Shown piece by piece: positions 36,032 through 48,069 of a stretch of DNA of 64,000 nt. The notes under the pieces are model-generated. The model did no database searches, was not told where the DNA came from, and saw nothing but the letters and a program-made list of their open reading frames with translations. Position numbers and translations under genes: made by a program. Within the stretch, counting starts at the first letter, position 1. Each line of letters starts with the position of its first letter. Source of the stretch: Octopus bimaculoides (Eukaryota). Location of the stretch: the NCBI RefSeq assembly GCF_001194135.2, contig NC_068986.1, forward strand, positions 8,700,061-8,764,060, given 5' to 3'.

Positions 36032-36215
36032 TGTGTGTGTGTGTGTGTATANNNNNNNNNNNNNNNNNNNNNNNNNNNNNNNNNNNNNNNNNNNNNNNNN
36101 NNNNNNNNNNNNNNNNNNNNNNNNNNNNNNNACACACACAGTTGTGAATCTGGAATTAGAAACTATATACAACTGTGAGTATTCTGGTAGTTAGAAGATA
36201 TGTATCTATCTTTCT

Positions 36216-36260
<45 letters not shown>

Positions 36261-36615
36261 CTACCTGCCTACCTGTTGTTGTGAATATTTTAGAAATTCA
36301 AAACTATATTCCATGACTAAATGTAATCTGAAGATTAATGTTTCTATAAAGTGATGTCACATTCAAAGTAGTCATCTTACTTGTTTAGGTTACCATTATA
36401 TTTTACTTAAATTATATTTGGTGGTAATTCAAGTTAATCAGTGTGTGTGTGTGTGTACATGATTATATCTCGTGTATGTGTGTGATGTTTGTGTATATAT
36501 ATGTATGTTATTAATTATATTTCTCAATATTGATCTGGTCAACAATATCTATAGATTTACAAGTTAGTAAGAACAAGGCAACATAAAAGAGGAAAATTAT
36601 AACTTTCATATTGGC

Positions 36616-36657
<42 letters not shown>

Positions 36658-36756
36658 ATTATATATGTGTATGCATTTGTATACACATATATGTATATAT
36701 GAATCTTGTGTTTGTAAATGATACACACACTCTTTGTGTGTATGTGTGTGTTAGAT

Positions 36757-36920
36757 GATGCAGTCTTGGCTGTGTTATGAAGTTTGTTTCACAAGCATGG
36801 GGTTTTAGGTTCAATCTCAGTGCACAGCACCTAAGGCAAGAAAGAGTCTTGTATATCCAGGCCAACCAATGCCATAAGTGGATTTGTTAAGCAGAAACTG
36901 AGCAATACCTGCCACACACA
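36757..36920 (+). mobile_element. SINE family B, diverged 5' half
   Basis: TTGGCTGTGTTATGAAGTTTG...GGTTCAATCTCAGTGC...GTGGATTTG...AGAAACTG. Confidence 0.6.
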
Positions 36921-37025
36921 CACTGTGTGTGTGTGTGTTTGCACACTCGCATAAATGTGTGTATGCATACACACACGCACACACACACAGACACACACAC
37001 ACACACACACACACAGACACACACA

Positions 37026-37061
<36 letters not shown>

Positions 37062-37439
37062 TATTCTATGACTATAAGCATAATTATAATCAGGGGTCAG
37101 CTAATTGCTTCGCCATGCACTGAATTTAAAATACCATTCTGCTACCATAAATATCTCCCAGATAGTAACACATTTTTTTAACACAGGCAAAGAGAAAAAA
37201 TAATGAATCCACACGACTCAGATTAGCTACATGCGTTTTGGGATTAAAGTACGGTTATATTTACTTACTTATTTCACCTCTTCGGTGCAGCATTTCAAAT
37301 ATAGATTTGAGAGTTAGAATTAAATAAGTACACGATCAAGCGTCGTCGTATAACTGATATTTAACCAGCACTTAATTAATTTTACCCTTTTATTATTATT
37401 ATTATTATAATATATATATATGCCAACATATGCATGTCT

Positions 37440-38110
37440 GTATATAAACACCTGTGTACACCCATTCACATTCTTCTGTTGCTCTATGAGTTCTGGTCAG
37501 CGGTAGGATTGTTTGTTTCCACATAGGAACCCTTGCAGGCAGGACTTAGAAATAGTGACCTTATGGTCAGTGACTGTAAGCTAGAGTTTCTAGTTTAGCT
37601 TCTTGGTGTAGCAGTCTTAGAATCGATGTATGCTTCTGTTGTTAAGATTTTAAATCAATTTTTCTATTTATAAATTTTAATTTCTGTGGTCCAGGTTGGT
37701 CTGTACAATTTGTGAGTTGCTCATAGTTTCTGGTGTCTAGTTTTTAATTGTATGATTATTTCTGTTTTAATTATGCTGTATATGTTATGTTTGGAATACG
37801 TGTGTTTATGATTTGGGAAGAGTGTTTTGAAAAGACCAGAAGCAGCATTTCATTTATTCTCTCCTAAAACTGTTTGGTATCAATGGAAGCAGTGATCCGG
37901 CCAAAACCACAATGATATCCGTTGGGTAGTGGATGAAGGAAATTCTCCAGTTGTGTTAACTTGGATGTTGTTCTGTCTCTGCTTGTTGTTAATGGTTAGT
38001 GGTTTGTTTATATGTTGTTTACTTTGTTTGGTATGGTTTACAGTGAAGTAAACAGGTTTTAGGTCATTTCTGATCCTAGTTGGGGTTAGTTCTATAACTA
38101 ATTTAATTCA
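37440..38110 (-). mobile_element. Highly decayed, possibly Penelope-like fragment
   Basis: Minus-strand remnant PACKGSYVET...LTRTHR resembles CxxC..YVGET...R..H; homologous to 31560-32450. Confidence 0.35.
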
Positions 38111-38169
38111 TATGATCTGTAAATATGACATATATATACATACATGTGCATATGTTGTCTGTTTTAGGT

Positions 38170-39240
38170 ATAATACAAATTATTCATGGAATCCGTCTTC
38201 AGTTTTGATAACTGCTTTGATGCAGGACCACAACTGTTGACACATTGGCACTAAATGGTCCTTATTCACTTTGGACATCACCTAGACAAGGGTGGCCATC
38301 AGTGAAGCTAAGGGTATTGTGAGAATATTGATTAGTCTCTTTTTTGACAATGCTCCAAATGGGCAAGTTTGGAGGCCACTACTTTGGTGTTACCTGATCA
38401 TGAAGATTGTCCGATAGCCATTCTTGTGTCACATGGGCTTTGAGAGAAGTTACTGAGTCTGGTTGAAGCTTGTATGACTTTCCATTGTCTACTTCATCTG
38501 TCCACGGCTCAATGTCTATCTCTCTTTGATCCTTCAACAACTGTAATTCTAAGACCCTGTGCTAAGATGTGATGGAGCATGATGTCACCACTCATAAAAA
38601 ACACTTGCTGGAAACTTAGTGTGCATCACTTTCAGAATACCAGAAGAATCTGCACAAGACCATCTGTCATTTCTCTTGTTAGACTTGGTTGAAGTTTTTC
38701 TCATCAGTTAAAAACCAAAGCATGCCATGTTTGTGAAGGTTTGTAACTTTAAGGAACGGCTTTGCAAAGACACAGAAAGCTGTTTGATCTGTGCTAACAT
38801 GAACTGACCTCTCCCCAGTACATATGATTTCTACTGAATGCCCTCATGTACCACAGTTCTGACTGTCCAGTCTGTCACTTGAAGTTCTTTGACAATGGAT
38901 TTCATTGAAGTTTTGGGGATCATCAATAATGTCTTGAACCTGTTTGGATGAATTCTGAAGTCTTTAGAGTGTCTGAACATTTAGAATGTTTCTTTTCCCT
39001 CTTTGATACATAGATGCAGTCCTGCCAGAAAATTCCAATTCCATCCAAACTTTGTACAAAAAAAATCTTGCAACATTTGGCAATTTCTAAATTGCTGCGT
39101 CCTGCACTCATAGCAAAAATAACTGCATGTCTTTTCCTTTCTTGTGTTAGTATCTTATTTGTCATGAGGGATGTGAAAGAAATAAAAAACCATTTCATTG
39201 GTTTGAAGAGAGTAATGTATATTGATAATCAAGTCCCCTG
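38170..39240 (-). pseudogene. Decayed Tc1/mariner transposase (maT/Bmmar1-like)
   Basis: Minus-strand pieces MTNKILTQERKRHAVIFAMSAGRSNLEIAK, WFLTDEKNFNQ, NKRNDRW..., HTKFPASV, YKLQPDSVTSLKAHVTQEWL and WPPN; many stops and frameshifts, third-Asp region deleted. Confidence 0.85.
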
Positions 39241-39428
39241 AAATGCCCCCTGACCCCTCCCTCCTATGTGTGTGCATATATATGTTTGTGCATGTATATG
39301 GGTGNNNNNNNNNNNNNNNNNNNNNNNNNNNNNNNNNNNNNNNNNNNNNNNNNNNNNNNNNNNNNNNNNNNNNNNNNNNNNNNNNNNNNNNNNNNNNNNN
39401 NNNNNNNNNNNNNNNNNNNNNNNNNNNN

Positions 39429-39492
<64 letters not shown>

Positions 39493-40490
39493 GTACAATT
39501 GGCCTATTGAGTATGTTGTTAGTACATCCAATAGATGTACATCCAATACATGCTGTTAGTACATCCAAATGCCTGGTGTTAGTCATTCTAGCTCTCTGAC
39601 TTCCTTGTTCAGCTCTGTTCAACATTGTTGCCATCATTTTCTGATATATAAATTGCCATTCCTGCACTGGGCTGTTTGTTGTTAGTGTTGTTTTCTTTTT
39701 GGAAGATATTGGCTGCAGTCTGAAATGGAATGTGCTAGCTATACAAATGCCCTTGATGCACTTCATCATATAAGAACACTCCTATAACCTCAGAGTTGGT
39801 GACCCAAGGCTCTATCTGTGTCTGTCTTTCTCTCTCTCTCTCTTTCTCCACACACACACATTAGGTTTGCTACCATTTCCTTCTTCCGAATCTCTCTCAA
39901 TGCATTGGTTATCCCATCATTAGAAGACACTCATCTAACAGTGCCATGCGTTGGGAAAGAACTTCAAAGGATATGGTCCCAAACTGATTTCTGTCCTTAC
40001 ACAGTCAGGCATTCATTTCTTATGTATAGAAGTGTGTGTGTGTGTGTGTGTGAGTGAGTAAATATCTTTTAAAGATTATGTCTTTAGTGAGAGAGGAATG
40101 TAAAAAGCATTACTGTTCCCCTGTTTTGTGTCAAACCCATGGATGGATTGGAGCCCCTCTTTAATAACTGGGCCCTACTGGCTCTGCTATTTACTGTTTT
40201 AAAATTGTGGTCGTGTGTCTCTGGTGGTTTTTCACATAATAAACATTGTGTGACATTAAAAAGATAAATGATAAATTCCTACTCAAAATGGAAGTCATTT
40301 TTAGATATGATGCCAATTTTTCACTGCTAGGTGAATGTAAGGAGTGGTGGGGTTGACTCGATAAAAAATGTCACATTTTGATTGCTGTTTGTTGACTTTC
40401 AACCATTTCGCTCTTTCATGTGCAGTGTGTTTGTTTTCATTTTGTGCACACTAAACAACTTTATTGTTTGTAATTATTTCTTATTTAGTG

Positions 40491-40544
<54 letters not shown>

Positions 40545-40984
40545 AGGGTGTATATAATTATATATAGACAGAAGAATTTCTAGATGGATAAATAGATGCA
40601 TACAGACACAAACATATTCTTACACACATGCATACATTTGCACAGCAATGCATTAATGTTAGTAGGTTTATATGTTTGTGTGTGTTGTGAAGCAGTAAAT
40701 CTTTCATGTCACTGAAATATTGTTGATAAACTCATAAATCCGCTTTTAGCTTTGAAAATAATCTAAATTGACACATATTCTTTGATAAAAACTCTTTTAC
40801 ATATTGTTGCTTCAGTTTTGTTTAGATTTCCCTTTGTTGTTGTTGTTGTTGCTGTTATTGTTGTTATTTTTTATTGTATTGTTGTTATTGTGTAAAATAA
40901 AAATTAAAAAAAAAAAACACCATTTAAATTTTATATAGAATCATCTTGAATACTGATAAAAGTTTCCTGTTTGTCAATTTGTAG

Positions 40985-41653
40985 GACTGCAACCAGTCCC
41001 AAAGGATGGTGCTGAAGAAAGTTCGAAAGTGTTAGCTGATATTATTGCCAAAGTTGTTCATGAAAAATTTGCTGAACTGACTGATAATTATTCCAGTCAG
41101 TATTCTCGCAGAAAAGTTCTTGCTGGTATTGTGATGACAAGTGGAGCAGATGGTCACGGGGCTTCTGTTATTGGAATTGGAACTGGTACCAAATGTATTA
41201 ATGGAGAATATATGAGTGACAGAGGGTTTGGTGTCAATGATTGCCATGCCGAGATCATAGCCCGCCGTTGTTTCCTTCGCTACATCTACGACCAGCTGGA
41301 GTTGCATCTTTCTGACAACTCAGATGTATGTAATTCTTCAATATTTGAACTTCGAGATAAAGGAGGTTATCAACTTAAAGAAAACATCCAGTTCCATCTA
41401 TATATAAGCACTGCTCCTTGCGGTGATGCCCGCATCTTCTCTCCGCATGGCCAGGATGTTGAAACAGGTGACAGACATCCAAATCGCAAAGCTCGAGGTC
41501 AATTAAGAACCAAGATCGAATCTGGAGAAGGAACAATTCCTGTCCGAACGTCTGGTGTTATTCAAACATGGGATGGTGTTTTGGAGGGTGAGCGTTTACT
41601 TACAATGTCTTGCAGTGACAAGATAGCAAGATGGAATGTCCTTGGAATTCAAG
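40985..41653 (+). CDS. ADAR2: ADAR2 coding exon: N-terminal two-thirds of the adenosine deaminase domain
   Basis: Motifs GTGTKC, CHAE (41242-41253), PCGDARIFSPH, DRHPNRKARGQLRTKIESGEGTIPV and MSCSDKIARWN. All zinc ligands and the catalytic Glu are intact. Donor CAAG/GTAAGG at 41654. 669 nt, phase 1-1. Confidence 0.98.
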
Positions 41654-42084
41654 GTAAGGGGTTCAATTCCAATCCGAATACTTTCTTTTCTATTTTCAAT
41701 TTTCACTCAATTAATGGATAGTTGAATAATTTCCCCATAAAACTTCTATAGAAACTGATATGGTCAGTTGAAGGTTTTTGGTAGCCATTTTTTTTACTAC
41801 TGTATTAATCTAGTTTTGTTAATTATCTAATCTCTCTAATGAACCAACTTTCTCAAAATTATGACAAAAAAAAAAAAAATTAAATTTTGATTAAGGTTGT
41901 GTGTCAGTGTTTTTATAAATTTTAAAAATTAATAGCTTCGTCTCATTAAAAAAAATTCTCTTTAAATGTAAATTTTGTTGGAAAAGATTCGTGCTTCTGA
42001 TTTGTAGGACTAGAAATGTAATTTAGCAACATAACTCCATGCTTTATTAAATACCCCTTCACTTTTCCATGCTACCTTACTTGG

Positions 42085-42398
42085 AAACAGGTGAAGGTTG
42101 GTGATAGGATGGACATCCAGCCATAGAAAATCTGTTTCAAGAAATTTCATCCAACACATGCAGGCATGGGAAAGCGGACATTAACCCTTTCAATACCAAC
42201 CCGGCTGAAACTGGCTCTGTAGTACAAATGTCTTGTTTTCATAAGTTTTGAATTAAAATCTTCCACCAAACCTTAGTCACAATTTATGTTCCTAACACTA
42301 ACTTAATGATAACTGAGTTATATTTAAAGTAATTGAAAGAAATACAGAGCATCTCAAAATAAATAACAGTAATGAAAGGGTTAAAATAACGATGATGT
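42085..42398 (+). mobile_element. Family C 3' part split by a family E MITE
   Basis: GGACATCCAGCCATAGAAAA...GGAAAGCGGACA[TTAA-MITE-TTAA]AATAACGATGATG. Confidence 0.8.
42181..42384. mobile_element. piggyBac-type MITE family E, inverted relative to 25531-25759
   Basis: TTAACCCTTTCA ... TGAAAGGGTTAA; the body is the reverse complement of the 25531 copy. Confidence 0.9.
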
Positions 42399-42749
42399 GG
42401 GGGCATGGTTGGTTGTAAGACTGGGATAGGATTAGCAACAAGTAAGGCATCCAGTTGTAAAAGAAGGCCCTCATATGGCCCATGCTAGCATGGAAAAGGA
42501 ATGAATGTGTGTGTGTGTGTGTGTGTGTGTCTGTGTGTGTGTGTGTGTGTGTATACACACATGTATGTAAACTCCCACACACTTGACATGAAAGTGTTTT
42601 TTGAGCAAGGTAAACTTTGGTCATTTATGAATCTCTATGATAAATCTGGTCAGCCTCATCCAAGCCCTGACTTCAAAAGATCTGATGATTTATTTTCATG
42701 AATGTCATTGGCAAAAACAAATTGCTTTTTGTTGTTTTTTCATCTCTTC

Positions 42750-42972
42750 TTAACCTTTTTATGATACCAACCTGCCTGACACCACCCTTGGGCTTATGAT
42801 ACAAACTTCTTGTTTTAAAGTGAACTAAATTGAAATCTTCCATCAAAATTTTGTTAAATTGTTGCAAACACTACTTTTGTTTGGCAGTTATTTTAAAAAA
42901 TTCTTTATTATTTTTCAAAATTAATTGAAACAGAATAAATTTCAATAGAAATATAGTAACAAAAGGCCTAAA
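42750..42972. mobile_element. Diverged family E-related MITE
   Basis: TTAACCTTTTT.GATACCAACC...AAATCTTCCATCAAAA...GTAACAAAAGG. Confidence 0.6.
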
Positions 42973-43138
42973 CTGAATGGATGATGTTATAACTGATTTT
43001 AGATAACTATTTTTCTGACAGTTTTATATGCAGTTTTTCTCACTCAGCAACCTTATATTAAATTTGAAAGTTTTTTTTATAATAGATATTTGCATTTGTT
43101 TTGGTTTATTAAATTAGTTTTATCTTTTTGAATTTCAG

Positions 43139-43701
43139 GATCGTTGCTGAGCCATTTTATGAACCCCATATACCTCGAAAGTATTATTCTGGGTAGCTTA
43201 TACCACAGTGATCATTTATCACGAGCCATGTATTCCCGTATCTCTATAATAGAGAATCTTCCGGAACCTTTCCATTTAAACCGCCCTTTCCTCAGTGGTA
43301 TCAGTAGTCCCGAGAGCCGGCAGCCTGGGAAAGCACCAAATTTTGGCATCAATTGGCGGAAAGAGGATGACACATTTGAAGTGATCAATGCTATGACAGG
43401 TCGAGTTGAAGGTGGTAGTGTGTCAAGAATCTGTAAGCAAGCTTTATTCAGTCGCTTTATGAATTTATATGGTAAGCTGTCTTCATTGACTGGTCAGTCT
43501 GTGACCACTCGTCCAACCCATTACTCTGATGCTAAAGCTGCTGTAATGGAATACCAGTTGGCCAAGCAATGTGTATTTCAAGCATTCCAGAAGGCTGGTC
43601 TTGGCAATTGGGTCCAGAAACCAATAGAACAAGATCAATTTGAAATGTCCACTGAGGCACCAGACATTCAAGTAAAGTCTTCAGGTGACGACTCTGCATA
43701 A
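43139..43701 (+). CDS. ADAR2: ADAR2 last coding exon: C-terminal deaminase domain
   Basis: SLLSHFMNPIYLESIILGSLYHSDHLSRAMY...GKAPNFGINW...EYQLAKQ...GLGNWVQKPIEQDQF; stop TAA at 43699-43701. Confidence 0.97.
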
Positions 43702-44667
43702 ATTGCATTCTTCATTTTGCTGAATCGGCTTTATTTCCAAAGTACGAATAATCTTTCACTTATATTAAAGTATCTTCAAAATGGGAACAACTCGACTTCT
43801 TTATTATTTTTAACCATTTTTAATTCCCTTTTTATTGTTTGTTAATCTTGTGTTGTAGCTTTTTCCTCCTTGCTCTTACTTTATGAGATACGTTTTGGAC
43901 ATTTTCAATATCTTTGTATCTATTCCTTGGAGTAGCTGCATAGGGTCTCCCTCTGCAGATATAATACAGTGTCTTTGGGCAGGACACTTCATTTCTTTAA
44001 GGCTTCATGCCTATCTAAGAACTTCTTCTTCTTCTTCTTATAATGGCAGGCATATAGTTATGGCAGTCAGTTAAAGAAATCTGCTGTTTTCAAACACCTT
44101 CATTCATTGCACAGAAATCTTCTTTGGAAAACTATGAATGTCACATTTCCTTCTTGACTTCATACCTAATCAAGAAAATAGATTTTCAAATCGAAAATGA
44201 ATATTTCTTTTCCTCTGTTGATTTTCTGTTAAAAAAACAAAAAACAAAAACAACAACAACCCCCCCCCTCCAACAAACTATTAACTTTGAAACCTAAATG
44301 GGCTCTCGACCACCTCACCTGACTGATTGTCCCAATTCTGTTGTTTCCACCGACCACCCTACTTCTACGTCTATTGTTAGAACTTTAGCCACAATATTGA
44401 TAATATTGTTTATCAATTTCTATTTAATACATTAACTCCTTCACTCATATATAGCGCGTGCACACACACAGACACACACACACACAAGAAGCAATAAATA
44501 ATTTTGCAATTTAAGTTTCCGATCTCAAGTGATTTTTCACTTTTTTGATTTTGTAAATTCTTTAATATGATGTCATTATTTGATGAGACAAAAACTATAG
44601 TTTCCTATGTTCGTAAATAGTACCCATCATTTAACGGTACCTTCATCCTTCCACTTCTTACAGTGCA

Positions 44668-44750
<83 letters not shown>

Positions 44751-45340
44751 TTTGTCTTTACAACAATATCTTATTTATTATGTGAACAAATCTGTCGTCC
44801 TTAAATTAACACAAATCTTGTCAGGCTTTGAGTTAAGACAAAATTAATTTGTTGTACATAGCTTAATAGTTCTCTTTCTCTTTCCATTGGTCTAGAGTGA
44901 TTTTTTTCCCTTTCTTTCTTTCTTTCTTAATCACATAATTGTCACTATTTGTGGTTTCTCTTCATACGATTTGCCAAACTGAGACTAGACTTAAAAGCAA
45001 TGCTACTTGTTTTGTGTGAGACGACATGAGTATGTGTGATAGAGTTTTCAATTTTTCACTATCTCTTCTGAATAAATTTGATCTGTAATAATTCTTGCTG
45101 GTTTTCCAAATCAAAACCCACATTATCAATTTTCAAAGACAATAAAAACCATTTCTGCTCACTTAGCAACTTACTGCTTTCAAGAATTAATTTCTCTTCA
45201 TTATTTCGGAACAGCTCATATTCTATTTCCCTTCATTGTTTTTTCTCTTCACAAAATGTCTTTGATGCATTTCCCTCTTTAACTGTAATTGCTACACTCT
45301 CCAACTGTTATCTTTATTATTATTATTATTATTAATTGAA

Positions 45341-45750
45341 GTTGGTGAGCTGGCAGAATTGTTAGCACACCAGGCAAATTCTTAGCATTTTGTCTGTCTT
45401 AACGTTCTGAGTTCAAATTCCGCTGAGGTCGACTTTGCCTTTTGTCCTACTGGGGTTGATGTACTTGACTAGTTAGTCTCCCCACCTCCAATTTTAGGCC
45501 TTGTGCCTTTAGTAGAAAGGATTATTAGTCTTAAGGTGGTGAGCCAGCAGAGTTGTTACTGAACAAAATGCTTAACAGTATTTCATCTGTCTTCACATTC
45601 TGAGTTCTAATTCCACTGTGCTCAACTTTGCCTTTTGTCCTTTCAGGGGTAATAAAATAAATACCATTTAAGTGCTGGGGTTGATGTGGTTGACTAACTC
45701 ACTCCCCCTCAAAAAATAATTTCAGGCTTTATGCCTATAGTAGAAAAGAT
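45341..45750 (+). mobile_element. Two tandem SINE family A copies in (ATT)n
   Basis: Copies at ~45341-45525 and 45533-45750. Confidence 0.85.
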
Positions 45751-47837
45751 TATTATTATTATTATATGAAACTTTTCTGGCCCTCTTTCTTTATAATTAT
45801 TCCTATTTTTCTTTCTCTCTCTCTGCATTGGGATTTCTGACTTGTAGGTCTTGTAGTCTTGAACTACTCTCAGAACCTGTGTTGTTAGAATGTTGGTTGA
45901 TATTATTAGAATTTGCTAATTATAAGTTTTAATGAATGAATGGTTTGTGTAAAGATGGTATGTTGGTAGAAGCTGTGGAGTTTGTCCTTGTTTGTCCCCT
46001 CTATGTTTAGCCCCTTGTAGGCAATAAAGAAATAAGAAGCTGTGGAGTATGAGACTGCACAAAATGCTTTGTAACATTTCCTTTTCCCAACCTTCTGCTT
46101 CAGGGTTCAAATCATTGTGGCTTTGATTTTGTCATTTACTCATTAGGATCGACTCACTGAATTAACAGTAGTGTCTTGAAGTGAAGGCAGCTCCCCCCAT
46201 TCCTTAAAAATTGGTCTTGTGTTTAGTTGAAAGGAATCAATATTTGGTTGTGATTGTGCAAGGAAATGTGAATGAGTTTCGTTGGCATTTAGGCTTTTGG
46301 TTCGTAATTTGGTTGATGTGATATCTTGGAGTAGGNNNNNNNNNNNNNNNNNNNNNNNNNNNNNNNNNNNNNNNNNNNNNNNNNNNNNNNNNNNNNNNNN
46401 NNNNNNNNNNNNNNNNNNNNNNNNNNNNNNNNNNNNNNNNNNNNNNNNNNNNNNNNNNNNNNNNNNNNNNNNNNNNNNNNNNNNNNNNNNNNNNNNNNNN
46501 NNNNNNNNNNNNNNNNNNNNNNNNNNNNNNNNNNNNNNNNNNNNNNNNNNNNNNNNNNNNNNNNNNNNNNNNNNNNNNNNNNNNNNNNNNNNNNNNNNNN
46601 NNNNNNNNNNNNNNNNNNNNNNNNNNNNNNNNNNNNNNNNNNNNNNNNNNNNNNNNNNNNNNNNNNNNNNNNNNNNNNNNNNNNNNNNNNNNNNNNNNNN
46701 NNNNNNNNNNNNNNNNNNNNNNNNNNNNNNNNNNNNNNNNNNNNNNNNNNNNNNNNNNNNNNNNNNNNNNNNNNNNNNNNNNNNNNNNNNNNNNNNNNNN
46801 NNNNNNNNNNNNNNNNNNNNNNNNNNNNNNNNNNNNNNNNNNNNNNNNNNNNNNNNNNNNNNNNNNNNNNNNNNNNNNNNNNNNNNNNNNNNNNNNNNNN
46901 NNNNNNNNNNNNNNNNNNNNNNNNNNNNNNNNNNNNNNNNNNNNNNNNNNNNNNNNNNNNNNNNNNNNNNNNNNNNNNNNNNNNNNNNNNNNNNNNNNNN
47001 NNNNNNNNNNNNNNNNNNNNNNNNNNNNNNNNNNNNNNNNNNNNNNNNNNNNNNNNNNGTATTTTTACTTTCTTATTTTTCTTTTCCTCATTTCAAACCG
47101 AGATCATTCAGAAACACATCAAAATTTAAATTCTCATTTGCATGTTGGAAAATGAAAATCTGCAAATGCATGTTGCAAATTTAGACGTTTTTTTTTTTCC
47201 TTGGGAAAAAAAAAAAAAAAAGGGGAACCATTCTATTTAAGTGTTTTTTTTCTTCTTTCTTTTTGGGAATGATTGATGGGTGGGAAGGAAACAATTCAAA
47301 TTATTTAATTTTTTTCTCTTTTTTTTTCACATTTACAATTTTTCTCTATCTTCCTTTACATATCCTCCACAACTTACCTATTCCACTTTTTTTCTCTTCA
47401 CCCCTCCCCATTTCGTCCATATTTTTAGTGAAATCCTTCAATTTTTCTTCATTTCCATCTCTCCACTCACATTAAGCTCTGTAAAACATTTTTACCCAGC
47501 GTCTTTCTTCACACAAAATGATCGTTAACCCCCTTTTTTTAAAAAAATATTTTTTCCTTCTCTTTTAACCTTCTATTTCTTCCAATTCACCTCTATCTCC
47601 ACTCACCCATAATCCTCAAAGACTTTCACCATTTTCTCTCTTGCTCCTCTCACTCACCCACATTTATCCTCACCTCCCAATCTAGATTACTTTATTCCCC
47701 TTGTCTGAAGGCCAGTCTTCCTTCAAACTTCATCCCATTTCTGCTACAAATACGAAATAACAATTATTTGAAATTATATTCATTCTTGCTGCCATCTTGT
47801 TGAAGTGGACACACTCAACGTGTATGCCATCTTTATC

Positions 47838-47873
<36 letters not shown>

Positions 47874-48069
47874 ACTGAATATGATTCTTTCCTATTTTTC
47901 TTCTCATTGTGCGTCATCCGCCTGCTCTTTTTCTTTTTTTTTTAATTTCCCTATTTTCTGATGTCTCTAGACCTAAGAAATGTCATTTGTTTTTGTGTTA
48001 CTGGAATAAAAGCTTTCAAACGTAATTTCTTGTTAATTGTTTTTTTTTTTAATTAACAAAATTCGAGAA

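Larger units (their letters stand above)
4500..40984 (+). other. ADAR2: ADAR2 intron, 36.5 kb, repeat-filled
   Basis: GT at 4500 and TTTGTAG ending at 40984. Joining gives ...FPP-G-LQPVPKDGAEESSKVLAD in frame, with a dsRBD2-deaminase linker of similar length to human ADAR2. Confidence 0.9.
41654..43138 (+). other. ADAR2: ADAR2 intron, 1485 bp
   Basis: GT at 41654 and TTTCAG ending at 43138. Joining gives GIQ-G-SLLSHF, the conserved ADAR2 GIQGSLLS motif. Confidence 0.93.

Noticed and set aside
41012-41028. CTGAAGA...GAAA inside the ADAR2 exon as a hammerhead core
   Set aside because: No stem II between the motifs; explained by the codons AEESSK.
43606-43623. Gln at the position of human E689 near the IP6 pocket (WVQKP)
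   Set aside because: This position varies among ADARs and the other IP6-contact residues are present.
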